Below are positions 1-11,971 of a DNA stretch of 64,000 bases, piece by piece. This stretch comes from Scyliorhinus canicula (lineage: Eukaryota). Numbering within the stretch: position 1 is the first letter of the stretch; each line of letters begins with the position of its first letter. Location of the stretch: the NCBI RefSeq assembly GCF_902713615.1, contig NC_052147.1, positions 262,108,886 to 262,172,885 on the forward strand. Direction: 5' to 3'. Below the pieces are notes generated by a model. The model did no database searches. It was not told the DNA's origin and saw only the letters and a program-made list of their open reading frames with translations. Position numbers and translations under genes: made by a program.

Positions 1-699
1 AAAAGAGGAAAAAAAAAAGAGAAGGAAATCTACCAAACTTACCTGATCTGGCCTACATGTGACTCCAGAGCCACAGCAATGTAGTCGACACTTAACTGCC
101 TTCTGAACAGGCCTAGAAAACCACTCAGTTCAAAGGCAATTAGCCCAGCAACACCCACACCCAATGAATAATAAAACAAATGACAGAAAATATTGACGAA
201 ATATCTCAGGCGTCAATGAGGTAAAGAGGTGGCCAGGATGAGGTGTCAAGCTGCAACACGAGTCTTGCCAGCGTTTAGTCAAGACGCCATCTTGGTAAAG
301 TAATTGAAGCTTGTGTTAGCAATAGCTGCCCGGATAAATGTTAAAGAGCTGACTGGCAATTTAATTGCCTGCTGGCTCCCGCAAGAGGCTGCATGTCATT
401 TTGGTGGCTGACACTTGATTTAACTACCTCTCGTAACAATGGCCAGCGAAACTGGAGTAAAGATGTGAATGCTGGGAATTTCTAGCACTACTTAAAATGA
501 TAGGTGCATCTTCCACTATCCCGCTTGCTGCTGGAGGTTTGAAGAGGATTTTTGAAACAAATCAGAGGGGACTTTGTAAAATAAACATTCCTAGAATGTT
601 GGTGAAGTCTTTTTAAAGTCTCTCCGAGGACTCAGAGTAGTGAGTGCTGTGCTATTCTACCTCAGTGAACTCCTACTGAGTCATCAGGGGAAAGGGAGT

Positions 700-1050
700 G
701 TTTGCTCTGGCATCTTGCTAGAGGGCCTCCTTGACCAACAAATGGAAGGAGGCCATGAGACGACTCAAAGCAGCGCCAGTTGCTTCAGCAGAGAGAGACA
801 GACAGGAGGGGGAAGGTGGATTCCATTCTTTTGCAGGAAATCCTTCACCGTCTGGAGCTCCTCTACCAGCACCTCCAGGCCCACATGCAAGAGAGAAACT
901 GTATGCCCTCTTACTCGGTCCCTGAGCCAACCTGCAATCTGCTGCTCTCTGTCAGCCAGAGAACTCAACACCTTCAGTGGAAGTGTGTGCAAGGAGCCCT
1001 GCTTGGCAGAAATTCTGTCACAGGTGTCTGTTTTAGCACCTCCGGGCAAT
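700..1050 (-). mobile_element. Degraded PIF/Harbinger-type Myb/SANT-like ORF remnant
   Basis: Minus-strand translation RVRGH...GLEVLVEELQTVKDFLQKNGIHLPP resembles Myb/SANT-like DNA-binding domains of Harbinger elements; frameshifted. Confidence 0.35.
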
Positions 1051-1331
1051 TAGGACCAACATTCTGTGCTAAATCCACATTTTCAGACTTGCCTTATTAG
1101 AACAGCATCTGCCTTTCATCCAAATAAACTCTACTTTTTCTCAGAGTTTTTGTGCAGTAAATAATTCATACTTCTCCATAGAATATGCTGCCCAGATCAA
1201 AAAGTACATAAGAACTCCTCAAACCCCATTGAATGGCCACAAATTACCTGAGCAATGGGCAGGTAATGCCTACTCTAGATCAGTGTCAACCTACAGGCAC
1301 AATCGGTGATGCTGACTGCAAGGTGTATTTA

Positions 1332-1662
1332 CAGGTAAATCCCATTTTTACGAAATGGGTCAGGGCCGAGTTCATTCTGTAAAAACAATTTTCCTTAAAA
1401 CAGGTATTGTGTAATTCACCCTTAGAATTATGGTAAAACAATCAGCGAACAGCCATATGCTCAAAAAAACAAAAGGATTTATTTCACAATGTAGGACCAT
1501 ACACAAAAACAAAGAGGAATCGCCAAATGATTAAACAAAATAATTTCCACGCGGGAACGCTTCAGCCTAATCGACTGAAAAAAAAACCCAAATAACTCAC
1601 TTTCATTCCAAAATACCGGCATTTCCGGTAGATTGGCATGACATTAACTTGGGATTTACCTG
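1332..1662. mobile_element. Tc1/mariner (Tigger/pogo-like) MITE, ~330 bp
   Basis: Perfect 13-bp TIR CAGGTAAATCCCA / TGGGATTTACCTG flanked by TA on both sides. Confidence 0.75.
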
Positions 1663-1829
1663 TACACATACATCTGTAAGACCACATAGCAAGGGCCTCA
1701 AAAAATGAACAATTTCCTTATCAGAAGTGTAATTGAAATGGGAAACAAAGATACATTATGAATACAATATTTCCCATAACACAACTCAGACTGTCCTGCC
1801 TTTCGCACTGAATGCAATGAACGTAAAAA

Positions 1830-2085
1830 CGGAGGAGTGATGTGAGAAATGTGTTTTCACACAGTGAGTGGTTTGGGTCTGGAATGCACTGCCTGGAAGT
1901 GTGGTGGAGGCAGGTTCGATCGAGACATTCAAGGGGGCATTAGATGGTTACTTGGCTAGAAACAATGTGCAGGGGTATGGGGAAAAGGCAGTGGTACGGC
2001 ACTAAGTCATAATGCACATTTGGAGAGATGATGCAGACATGATGGGCCAAATGGCCTCCTTCTGCACCGTAACAATTCTGTGATT
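1830..2085 (+). mobile_element. CR1 LINE 3' fragment
   Basis: FTQRVV..WNALP-type 3' ORF2 remnant and gggccaaatggcctccttctgcac 3' UTR. Confidence 0.7.
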
Positions 2086-2504
2086 CTTTGAGTTCTGTCA
2101 ATCGGATGTGGCCTGATCTGTAACGTAATAAATTCACGTGAGTCACACACTTTTGGCATTATTATCCAGTGACACATGCAGCTGCACCATTCTATCTCTG
2201 TAGGATCAGGTTCAAGGCCTGTGTACTGAGTCGGCTTCCACGTGGGCTTTTCTCCTGTGGCTCAACTCAGTACAAAGTGCAGCAGACACATCAACAATCT
2301 GAAAGACGGTTTTATTTTCTACAAGCTTGCATTCATGTACAAGAGAGACAAGACCTGGATCACTGCCAAGATCTTTCTACAGATCTGGATAGCTGCCAAG
2401 ATCCTTCTACAGAACAAAGACACAAACTCAGTACATATACAACTTTCAAAAATCAATAGCCCTTCCCAGTTGGATGCAATCCAATCCCTGAAGCTGCTAT
2501 GTTT

Positions 2505-2598
2505 AAACTTATCCAATAGAATTGCAAGCAATGTTCAAACTTCACCCAATAGAATTGCAAGCAATGTTTAAACTTCACCCAATAGAATTGCGAGCAAC
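2505..2598. repeat. Tandem repeat, ~33-34 bp unit, about 3 copies (aaacttcacccaatagaattgcaagcaatgtt)
   Basis: Seen directly. Confidence 0.85.
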
Positions 2599-3131
2599 CC
2601 ATGATGGATCCTCACCCTGACAGCTATGTACAATCTCAGCACCTTGTGCTCATTGTTTGTGAGAAACAGGTCAACAGAAGCAGCATCCTGGATTGTTTCA
2701 TAAAGACAGGATATCAAAAGTGACGTCCTTTTGGTCAAGTTAGCTATCCTAAAGCCCATTTGATTACTTTTTACTGCTATGTCCTAAAAATACATGTTTA
2801 ATGGTTAATAATGATTACTCAGTCCACTCCCTTTAATTCATCTCAATCCTTAATAAAGTAACTTATGTAAAACTACTCTAGTGGCATGTTAGCTATTCAG
2901 TTTTAAGGGGTATCATCACTGAACCCCCCTCCTCCTTCAATCTCCAGATGGATTTTCTCCACAAGCAGTAGATCCTTACATTGATGCCTGCAACATCACT
3001 AATGTACTCTAAAGAAAATTCACTTTGCCATGACTCTGGTGGGCAACAGACACCATGGATAACTCAAGGTGTTTCTGTGAAGTGGAGATCTATCATACAG
3101 TGATAATATTTTCATGGTTTTGAAAAGTTAC

Positions 3132-3324
3132 CTTCCTCCTTTTCAAAGGTGACATAAGCAATGCCGGGTTCATCCGCGGGATACATGACACTTTCCACTT
3201 CACCTCCGCTATTCCTCGGCCTCAAGAAGTGAATGGTCAGTTTGTCATTCATCACAGTGCTAGGAAGAATATCCTCGGGGAACCCTGACACAGCGATAGT
3301 CCTCTCTGTCCAGTTTGATCCCAT
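3132..3324 (-). CDS. RBM43: RNA-binding motif protein 43, first coding exon (partial gene; later exons not found in the window)
   Basis: MGSNWTERTIAVSGFPEDILPSTVMNDKLTIHFLRPRNSGGEVESVMYPADEPGIAYVTFEKEE resembles human RBM43 ERTVVVAGLP...HFQDIKNEGGDVEDVIYP...GVAYVIFKE. Acceptor ttcgcag| at 3346, donor G|gtaact at 3131. Directly downstream of NMI as in mammals. Confidence 0.85.
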
Positions 3325-3374
3325 TCTCTCGGGGGGACCAAGACACTGCGAAGATAGAAGAAGCCATATTTAAA

Positions 3375-3680
3375 AATAATCTTTATTATTGTCGCAAGTA
3401 GGCTTACATTCACACTGCAATGAAGTTACTGTGAAAATCCCCGAGTTGCCACACTCCAGCGCCTGTTCGAGTGCACAGAGGAAGAATTCAAAAGTTCAAT
3501 TCACCTAACAAGCATGTCTTTTAGGACTTGTGGGAGGAAACCAGAGCACCCGGAGGAAACCCACGCAGACACAGGGAGAATGTGCAGACTCCCCACAGAC
3601 AGTGACCCAAGCCGGGAATCGAACCTGGGACCCTGGCGCTGTGAAGCGACTGTGTTAATCACTGTGCTACCGTGCCACCC
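3375..3680 (-). mobile_element. tRNA-derived V-SINE (HE1-like head) with non-CR1 tail
   Basis: tRNA-like head, V-domain gtgggtttcctccgggtgctc, tail ...ttttcacagtaacttcattgcagtg...aataaagatt. Confidence 0.85.
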
Positions 3681-4094
3681 TCACTGTGATGCAAAAAGCA
3701 GATCACCTCAGAGCTGACTCACACTTCATTAACAGCTGCTGTCATGAACTACTCACAATTTACAATTAAATGCTGCTCACAAGTGTTTTGTCACGCAGTG
3801 AGATTTGTGACCAAAAACTAATCACAGAAGATGATAAAAGTTGGACATTTTTGAACCATGGTTAAAGATTTGCCTGTCTCGAATATGTTGTGTTGTTATC
3901 CTTACACGTGGTCAGCTCTCTTAACAATACTGAATTTGATTGGTTATTATTGGACAGTAAGGTATGGATCAGCCAGACCCATTCTGAAGATATCCTTGCA
4001 AACCACAAATGGACAATCCACTTCCTCGGCCCTCACAATCCCTCTATTCATGTCCACTTACCATGATAAAGCGCTGCTTTAATCATGATCAACC

Positions 4095-4765
4095 GCACCC
4101 GCTCCACCCACCCAAACATTCCGAACCTTTCACCTCCCACCCACCCAAACATTCCCGACCCTTTCAGCTCCCACCCACCCAAACATTCCCGACCCTTTCA
4201 CCTCCCACCCACCCAAACATTCCCGACCGCACCAGCTCCCACCCACCCAAACATTCCCGACCGCATCAGCTCCCACACACCCAAATTTTCCTGGTCATAC
4301 CAGAGCCCCCCCGCCCAAACATTCCTAACCGCACCGCCCCCAACTCAAACATCCCGACCACACCAGCACCCACCTCACCCAAACATTCCTGACACACAGC
4401 ACCCACTCATGATTTCCTGACCGCAACACCCCCCCCCACCCAAAACATTACCGAGCACCTCCAGCATCCCAAACGAAACATTCCCAACCGCCCCCACTCA
4501 AACATTCCCAACCCCCCTCACCCAAAACATTCCTAACCGCCCCCACCCAAAACATTCCCAACCGCCCCCACCCAAAACATTCCCAACCGCCCCCACCCAA
4601 AACATTCCCAACCGCCCCCACCCAAAACATTCCCAACCGCCCCCACCCAAAACATTCCCAACCGCCCCCACCCAAAACATTCCCAACCACCCCCACCCAA
4701 AACATTCCCAACTACCCCCACCCAAAACATTCCCAACCGCCCCCACCCAAAATATTCCCAACCGT
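4095..4765. repeat. C-rich minisatellite: degenerate ~33-bp units grading into a homogeneous 25-bp unit (cccaaaacattcccaaccgccccca)
   Basis: Seen directly. Confidence 0.95.
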
Positions 4766-7700
4766 CCGCACCACATCTCCAGATGTTTCCAATGCTCTCC
4801 TCACTGCCATCCACTCTACAATAACCTAATTCATACTGACAAAAACCTGCCCAGCTGACCATTTCCAAACACCACTGGCTCTTTCTTCCTCAATCCACTG
4901 GCTTCAAAATTCTCATCCTCAGCTTCAGATTCCTCCATCGTCTCTCTGATACTCGCCATTGCAATCTCCTCAAGTCCAACATTGTATGTTTCCCCCATCT
5001 CTCGGCTCTACCATCAATGACAGAATCTTTATTTAGCTGACCCCATGCCCTGGAACCCCGTCCCTATAACCTCTCTCTGACAATGCTTTGATTACTTCCT
5101 CCAATGTTCCTACAAATTCTTCTGAGTGGTAATCTCACAGTTTATGTGGTTTGCTACATAAAAGACACACTATCAATACAAATTATCACAGCACTTACAG
5201 TTGAAATGCTTTCAAAACATTTGATTTGTGGACTGATTTATTGATCATGCAATAGGCTTTGTTGATAAGTTGGTGGCATGTAACATTTTTTGTTCCCTTA
5301 TTCATTGGCCTAACAAAATATCCACTTTACAACATCCAGTGAGCAGGAAGCAATGTCTGTACAGGTAAGAACGTAGCATCTCTCTCAGTTATTACTGTAT
5401 CATCACTTATGATTCAAAATTACACTCAATATCCCCCACTGTTGCCAGCAATTATTTTGGAAATGATTCCAGTGTATCCATATTATAGGTCGGTGCTTTT
5501 TCCAAGATAATAAGTTAGAGAAAGAAAAGCACCAATAAATTGAAACCTTTCGGCACTTCATGTACTTTTGTTTATTGGGGAACTTCTATTAAAACTTTGG
5601 CAAGAAAGCTTTAAGCAGTGATTCCCAAATTTAAAATTAATCTTGCTGTGACCATATTTTGATACTTGGATGATAGGAGCAGGAGGAGGTCTTTTGGCCC
5701 TTCGAGCCTGCACTGCCATTTATCACAATCATGGCTGATCATCCAACTCAATAGCTAATCCTGCTTTCTCCCCATAACCTTTGATCCCATTCGCCCCAAG
5801 TGCTATATCTAGCTACCTCTTGAATATATTCAATGTTTTAGCATCAACTACTTCCTGTGGTAATGCATTCCACAGGCTCACCGCTCTTTGTGTGAAGAAA
5901 TGTCTCCTCCTCTCTGTCCGAAATGGCTTATCCTGAATCCTCAGGCTGTGACGCGTGGTTCTGGACACACCCACCATTGGGACATCTTCCCTGCATCTAC
6001 TCTGTCTAGTCCTGTTAGAATTTTAAAAGTCTCGATGAAATCTCCCCTCATTAACTCCAGCGAGAACAATCCTAACCTAGTCAATATCTCCTCATATGAC
6101 AGTCCCGCCATCCCTGGAATCAGTCTGGTAAACCTTCGCTGCACTCCCTTAAGAGAAAGAACATCCCTCCTCAGAAAAGGAGATTAAAATTGCACGCAAT
6201 ATACTAGATGTGGATCCCAAAGAAGGTACTGCAAAAAACAAAATCCAGGGGGGGGGTCGAGCCCTCCCAAACCTACAATTCTACCACTGGGCGGCGACGG
6301 CCAAGCGAATAAGGGGATGGATCAAGGAGCCAGAAGCCGAGTGGGTGTGCACGGAAGAGGCTTCCTGCAAGGGGACCTCCCTCCAGGTCCTCGCCACGGC
6401 GGCACTCCCATCCCCACCCAAAAAACACTCCATCAGCCCGGTGGTGATAGCCACCCTCCAGTCCTGGATCCAACTACGGCAGCAATTTGGCCTGACCAAA
6501 ATGTTAGACAAAGCTCCCATCTGCAGCAACCATGGATTCACACCAGCGCTGACTGACGCCGCCTTTAATAAGTGGGGACAGGACAGAGGGACACTGACAG
6601 TCAGGCACCTATACACGGACAGCAGGATGGCGTGGATGAACTGACAGAGAAATTCCAGCTAGTCAGGCGGAACGAGCTAAGGTACCTGCAACTCAAAAAC
6701 TTGCTGTGAAAGGAGACAAGGACGTATCCACAACTGCCACGAGAGACATTATTGGAAGAGTTACTGGACGCAAGCATCCTAGATAAAGGGAACTGTAGCG
6801 ACAAGTATGACCAACTGGTAGAAGGGGCCGACACCGTACTGGACGCAACAAGAAAGAAATGGAAGGAAGACCTGGGGATTGAAATAGGGTGGGGACTCTG
6901 GAGCGAAGCACTGCATTAGGTCAACTCCAACCCCACGTGCGCAAGGCTCAGCCTGACACAACTAAAGTGGTACATACAGCCCACTTAACAAGAACTCGTA
7001 TGAGTAGGCTCTTCCCGGAGGTGGAGGATAGATGTGAACGGTGCCAAGGAGGCCTGGCCAACCACGCCCACATGTTCTGGTCTTGCCCCAGACTTGCGGG
7101 GTACTGGACAGCCTTCTTTGAGGCAATGTCCAAAGTGGTGGGAGTGAGGGTGGAGCCATGCCTGAAAGTGGCGGTCTTCGGGGTTTCAGACCAGCCAGAT
7201 CTATTCCTGGGGAGAAGGGCGGACGCCCTTGCCTTTGCCTCCCTGATTGACCGCCGTAGAATCCTGTTCAGCTGGCAGTCAGCAGCACCACCCAAAGCTG
7301 CAGACTGGCTGTCTGACCTCTCAGAATCCCTCCAAATGGAGAAAATCAAATTCGCCATCCGAAGGACAGACAACGGCTTCCACAGAACATGGAGCCACTC
7401 ACCCAATTGTTCCGGGACCCGTTTGTAGTCAGCGAACAAACAGAAGAATAGCCAGGTAGCTAAGAACCAGGGGAAAGTAGCCGAGGCGAGGGAGGGAGGG
7501 ATAGACCGAGAGGTGGATAGCAGCTAAACATAAGAGAAAAGAAAGGCAAACCACAGGAGAGGTGGGGGGGAAAGGGAGCAGAAGAGCGAGGTGAAGTTGG
7601 GAAGAGGGAGGAGACAGCGAACAATAGAGGGGAACCAGTGAGGTGGGGGGGGGAGGCAAGGGAATGACAGCCGGAAGGACGGCACAGGAAACAATAACAA

Positions 7701-8130
7701 ACTTGGCGTCTACAGGAGCAGAGAACAAGGAAAATCCGGACGAGACGGGACATATGGCTGAAGCGGAGGTTATCGCGAGACAAAAACGGGAGCGAAAACC
7801 ATCCGGGAGAAGCAAGCGACAACACCAACACCAGATCCATACGCGTATTGCCCTCTGTAATTTTTCTGTAATTGTTTCCCCGGCGCCCAAATGTATATGT
7901 ACCCCCCCACCCCCACCCCCAAACAGATGCCTACTTATGTGCTAAAAACAATATTGCCAATTGTACAGAACTGCTGTTGTTGAGCTAGCACATAATACCC
8001 TACCAGTTATTTTATTCTAACTTTTTTTGTTGTTTGTTTTGTTTTTTGTGCGTGTTCCCTTCCCTTCTATGTATGTATATACACACACACACACATATAT
8101 ATGTATTCTATTTTGTGTACATAACGGTAA

Positions 8131-9718
8131 AAATAGGATTTATGACCATTTGGAAAGATGCGGCTTAATCCGGGATAGTCAACACGGATTTGTGAAGGGT
8201 AAGTCATACCTCACAAATTTGATTGAATTCTTTGAGGAGGTAACTAAGTGTGTAGATGAAGGTAGAGCAGTTGATGTTGTACACATGGATTTTAGTAAGG
8301 CGTTTGATAAGGTTCCCCATGGTCGGCTCATGAAGAAAGTAAGGAGGTGTGGGATAGAGGGAAATTTGGCCAATTAGATAAGTAACTGGCTATCACATGA
8401 AATGAAATGAAAATCGCTTATTGTCACAAGTAGGCTTCAAATGAAGTTACTGTGAAAAGCCCCTAGTCGCCACATTCCGGCGCCACAGGATTGTGGTGGA
8501 TGGAAAATTTTCAGACTGGAGACCAGTTACCAGCGGTGTACCACAGGGATCAGTGCTGGGTCCTCTGCTATTTGTGATTTTTATCAATGACTTGGAGGAG
8601 GGGGCTGAAGGGTGGGTCAGTAAATTTGCTGATGACACCAAGATTGGTGGAGTAGTGGATGAGGTGGAGGGCTGTTGTAGGCTGCAAAGAGACGTTGATA
8701 GGATGCAGAGCTGGGCCGGAAAATGGCAGATGGAGTTTAACCCTGATAAGTGAGAGGTGATTCATTTTGGTAGAAAAAATTTGAATGCGGATTACAGGGT
8801 CAATGGCAGGGTTCTGAGGAATGTGGAGGAACAGAGAGATCTTGGGATTCATGTCCACAGATCTCTGAAGGTTGCCACTCAAGTGGATAGAGCCGTGAAG
8901 AAGGCCTATAGTGTGTTAGCGTTTATTAACGGGGGCTTGAGTTTAAGAACCCCGGGGTTATGCTGCATGACCCTGGTGAGACCACATTTGGAGTATTGTG
9001 TGCAGTTCTGGTCACCTCATTCTAGGAAGGATATGGAAGCATTGGAAAGGGTGCAAAGAAGATTTACCAGGATGGGGCTGGTTTAGCTCACTGAGCTAAA
9101 TCGCTGTTTTAAAGCAGACCAAGCAGGCCAGCAGCACGGTTCGATTCCCGCACAAGCCTCCCTGGACAGGCGCTGGAATGTGGCGACTAGGGGCTTTTCA
9201 CAGTAACTTCATTGAAGCCTACTCATGACAATAAGCGATTTTCATTTTCATTTTTCATGCTGCCTGGTTTGCAGGATAGGTCTTATGAGGAAAGGTTGAG
9301 GGAGCTAGGACTTTTCTCTTTGGAGCAGAGGAGGATGAGAGGCCTTAATAGAGGTTTATAAGATGATGAGGGGGATAGATAGAGTGGACGTTGAGAGACT
9401 ATTTCCTTTGGTGGATGTAGCTGTTACAAGGGGGCATAACTATAAGGTTCAGGGTGGGAGATATAGGAGGGATGTCCGAGGTAGGTTCTTTACTCAGAGA
9501 GTGGTTAGTGTCTGAAATGGACGTCCTGCTGTGATAGTGGAGTTGGACACTTTAGGAACTTTCAAGCGGTTGTTGGATAGGCACATAGAGCACATCACAA
9601 TGACAGCACATCACAATGACAGGGAGTGGGACAGCTTGATCTTGGTTTTGGACAATGCTCGGCACAACATCGAGGGCCGAAGGGACTGTTCAGTGCTGTA
9701 CTGTTCTATACTTTGTTC
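8131..9718 (+). mobile_element. CR1 LINE ORF2 (RT) and 3' UTR, carrying SINEs at 8398-8485 (-) and 9074-9257 (+)
   Basis: SQHGFVKGKS...[33 protein letters not shown] motifs. Confidence 0.95.
9074..9257 (+). mobile_element. Short tRNA-derived SINE without V-domain, (TTTCA)n tail; other copies at 24318-24496 (-), ~42380-42557 (+), 8398-8485 (-, truncated)
   Basis: ggggctggtttagctca...ggttcgattccc A/B-box head; shared tail ggcgactaggggcttttcacagtaacttcattg; the 24.3-kb copy has a ccatatg TSD. Confidence 0.85.
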
Positions 9719-10544
9719 AAAAACCCAATAAAAAAACATTTATATTAAAAAAAATGTTCTAGGTGTGGCCTCACCAAGGGCCTGTATAATTCCAAAACAC
9801 ATGCCTGCTCCTGTACTCGAAACCTCTCGCAACGAAGACCAACATACCATTAGCCTTCTTTACCGCCTGCTGCACCTGCATGCTTACCTTCAGCGACTAG
9901 TGCACTAGGACACCCAGGTCCCGCTGCACACTCCCTTCACAGATGTGGCAACCTCAACATGAAAGTTGGGGGGGTTGGTGGGAGTGTAGATTAAGAGGAG
10001 TGGGGGGCAGAAAGAGTTGTTGAAGGATTGGGGAGCAAGAGAAGACTCTGGGGAATGGGGAAGAGTTGTTAACCAGAAGGAAGGAGTTTGAACACTGGGG
10101 TACAGGCAAACAAACCTTGCACAGCTCCAGTTGGTGTCAGCAATCGAGCCTCGGATCTCATTGCATTAGGACGCATCCACCACCAAACTAAATCATGTGG
10201 ATTTGGATGGGCTTCACAGCCAATCCCAGGACTGTCAAATACCAGTTTCCAGAACCTTCCATTGCCGCCTCAGAGGAGCAAGCACAATTCTTCACGGCTG
10301 TTAGTTTGGGAACCCCTGCTTTCAGCGCAGTGGATTTAACTGTAGGTTTACATGGACACTGCATCTTAATAAATATTATTTAAAAACAGAATCACAGAAC
10401 AGTTGCAACACCGAGAAGGCTGATCGTTCTGTTATGTCCCTGTCAGCTTTGTGCAAGAACTCAGCTGGTGCCACTCCCCCCTCCCATCCCACCCTGTCAC
10501 TGTAGCCCTGTAAATCTTACATTTATATAACCCCGTTCAAAATG

Positions 10545-10925
10545 CCAGGATGCTCCAAAACACTTTTACAGCCAAAGTAGTATTTTTGAAGCTTAAATCA
10601 TTGTTGGAAAATTGGCAGCCACATTTCTGCACAGCAAGCTCCCACAAGACAGCAACGTCAGTGACCTGATAACCTGCATGTTGGGATGTTGAGGAAGGGG
10701 TTCAACACTGGAGATGATAACTTCAATGCTCTTTGAAATTGTGTCAGGGAATGTTTTACACCCACACACACCACAGCATAGGGCCTCGGTTTAACAGCCC
10801 ATCCAGTGAAGCACTCCCTCAAGTTTTGATCTGGAGTGTCAGCCCAGACTGTTGTGCCGGAGTCCCTCGGAGTTGGACTTGAACTTTTACTTTTCTCACT
10901 CAGAACCGAGCCACGTCTGGCACTT
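10545..10925 (-). mobile_element. DeuSINE (SacSINE1/AmnSINE-like); second copy at ~46370-46760 (+)
   Basis: Deu-domain-like gctgtcttgtgggagcttgctgtgcagaaatgtggctgcc...ttggctgtaaaagtg. Confidence 0.6.
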
Positions 10926-11124
10926 AAGGGTTAAGTTCTGGAAGCACTTGGTTAAATAGCAAGACAAACTTTACAGGGCCGGTTGAGAAAGAGCGAGTGA
11001 GTGAGGCTAATTAGATAGCTCTCCCAAAGAGGCAGCACGGGCGCCATGGGCCGAAAGGCCGCATTGTGCGCTATATATTATGATAAAATTCTCTGAACGC
11101 CATAGCCAATTACAATGAAGCACC

Positions 11125-11136
11125 GAAAGCGAAAGT
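11125..11136 (+). promoter_or_regulatory. IRF-binding element GAAAGCGAAAGT in the RBM43 first intron
   Basis: Tandem GAAA cores at IRF-E spacing, about 230 bp from the exon 1 donor. Confidence 0.55.
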
Positions 11137-11367
11137 AGAAACACACTTCGACGGCTGAGCTGAAAGGTCAAAAGCTATTTTCAGAAAAGTCACCCCGTGT
11201 GTGTAAATAATGTTCGGCTCTAATCTCAACACCGCAAAGGAGTTTACAGCCGGCTCAGAGCCTTTCCTACGGTTCTGTTTGTATGTGTTGTGTTAAACTG
11301 GACTCGAGTATGTTGTTAGGTGCCGCCTGGTTCCCCCATCCCCCCCCCCCAGACTGAACATACTCAC

Positions 11368-11520
11368 CGGCTGTGCCCACAACTTCCGCCAGCTTTCAGC
11401 TGAAACCCCCCCCGCCCCTGCCCTGCTCGGTGGCAGCGCTTCACTCAGTCAATTCCTAAACGCCGCTTCTCCCCCCCCCCCCCCTCTCCTGCAGCGCCGT
11501 GGAGGCTGGGACAGGCAGAG
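11368..11520 (-). other. RBM43: Probable non-coding exon 1 / GC-rich promoter of RBM43
   Basis: Strong donor CCG|gtgagta at 11367, GC/CpG-rich context, ETS-type GGCGGAAGT nearby. Confidence 0.6.
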
Positions 11521-11565
11521 GTACTGAATCCTCCCGGTCCTGCAGCACGCTCTGCTTACGATCTG

Positions 11566-11574
11566 TTCCAGGAA
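11566..11574. promoter_or_regulatory. GAS (STAT) element TTCCAGGAA at the RBM43 promoter
   Basis: Exact TTCNNNGAA directly upstream of the GC-rich first exon. Confidence 0.5.
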
Positions 11575-11971
11575 GTAGTTAAGAACGAGCCTCGATCAGA
11601 GGTAATATTCCTCGCCATTGCATTCGAGAGAAAGTCTGGAAATGGCTGCAATTGGGAAATTAACCTACTACAGAGAGTTGTAAACACAGTCCAGTCCATA
11701 ATGTGGTGACATGCATGCAGGCAAATCTAAGTATAACTGTACGTAGTTGTACCAATGTATATAATAGCACTGCTGCTACTGACCAACACTTGTAGCGACA
11801 GTTATGACCTCCTGCCAGCAGATGGAACCAGACACCCATTCTGACATGTATAGGGGGAGAAATGGGAGATGGGCACTTGGTAGTAGGATGGACAAGAGGA
11901 CAGTCAGCCTCCTCCTTACTTGCACAGTAATGTAGACGGAGTTGTTTGTACATAGAAATGTATAAGAGCAC

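Larger units (their letters stand above)
6214..9755 (+). mobile_element. 5'-truncated L1/Tx1-clade LINE (6214-8130; poly(A) end at 9719-9755), interrupted by a CR1
   Basis: GGRALPNLQFYHWAA and C-terminal CERC...HAHMFWSC zinc knuckle; long 3' UTR; AATAAA plus A-tail at 9727-9754. Confidence 0.85.
5672..9940 (-). mobile_element. CR1 LINE (pieces 5672-6213 and 9756-9940) split by nested insertions
   Basis: MQRRFTRLIPGM...ETFKILTGLDRVD; sequence resumes at ctaggtgtggcctcacc after the insert (ctagatgtgg/ctaggtgtgg TSD-like). Confidence 0.8.

Noticed and set aside
1601-1673. Apparent next RBM43 exon (ag|...RYFGMK|gtgagt)
   Set aside because: The phase is incompatible with the phase-1 donor at 3132 (the joined frame hits TGA), and it lies mostly inside the Tigger-like MITE.
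2568-2759. Minus-strand ORF as RBM43 exon 3
   Set aside because: The available acceptor gives phase 0 rather than 1, there is no good donor, and it runs into a tandem repeat.
4009-4868. Pro-rich and Gly/Trp-rich ORFs, or a CRISPR-like array
   Set aside because: These are translations of a minisatellite; there are no unique spacers and no cas genes, and the context is eukaryotic.
9074-9160. tRNA genes here and at V-SINE heads
   Set aside because: The A/B-box heads continue into SINE bodies and tails and occur as diverged dispersed copies.
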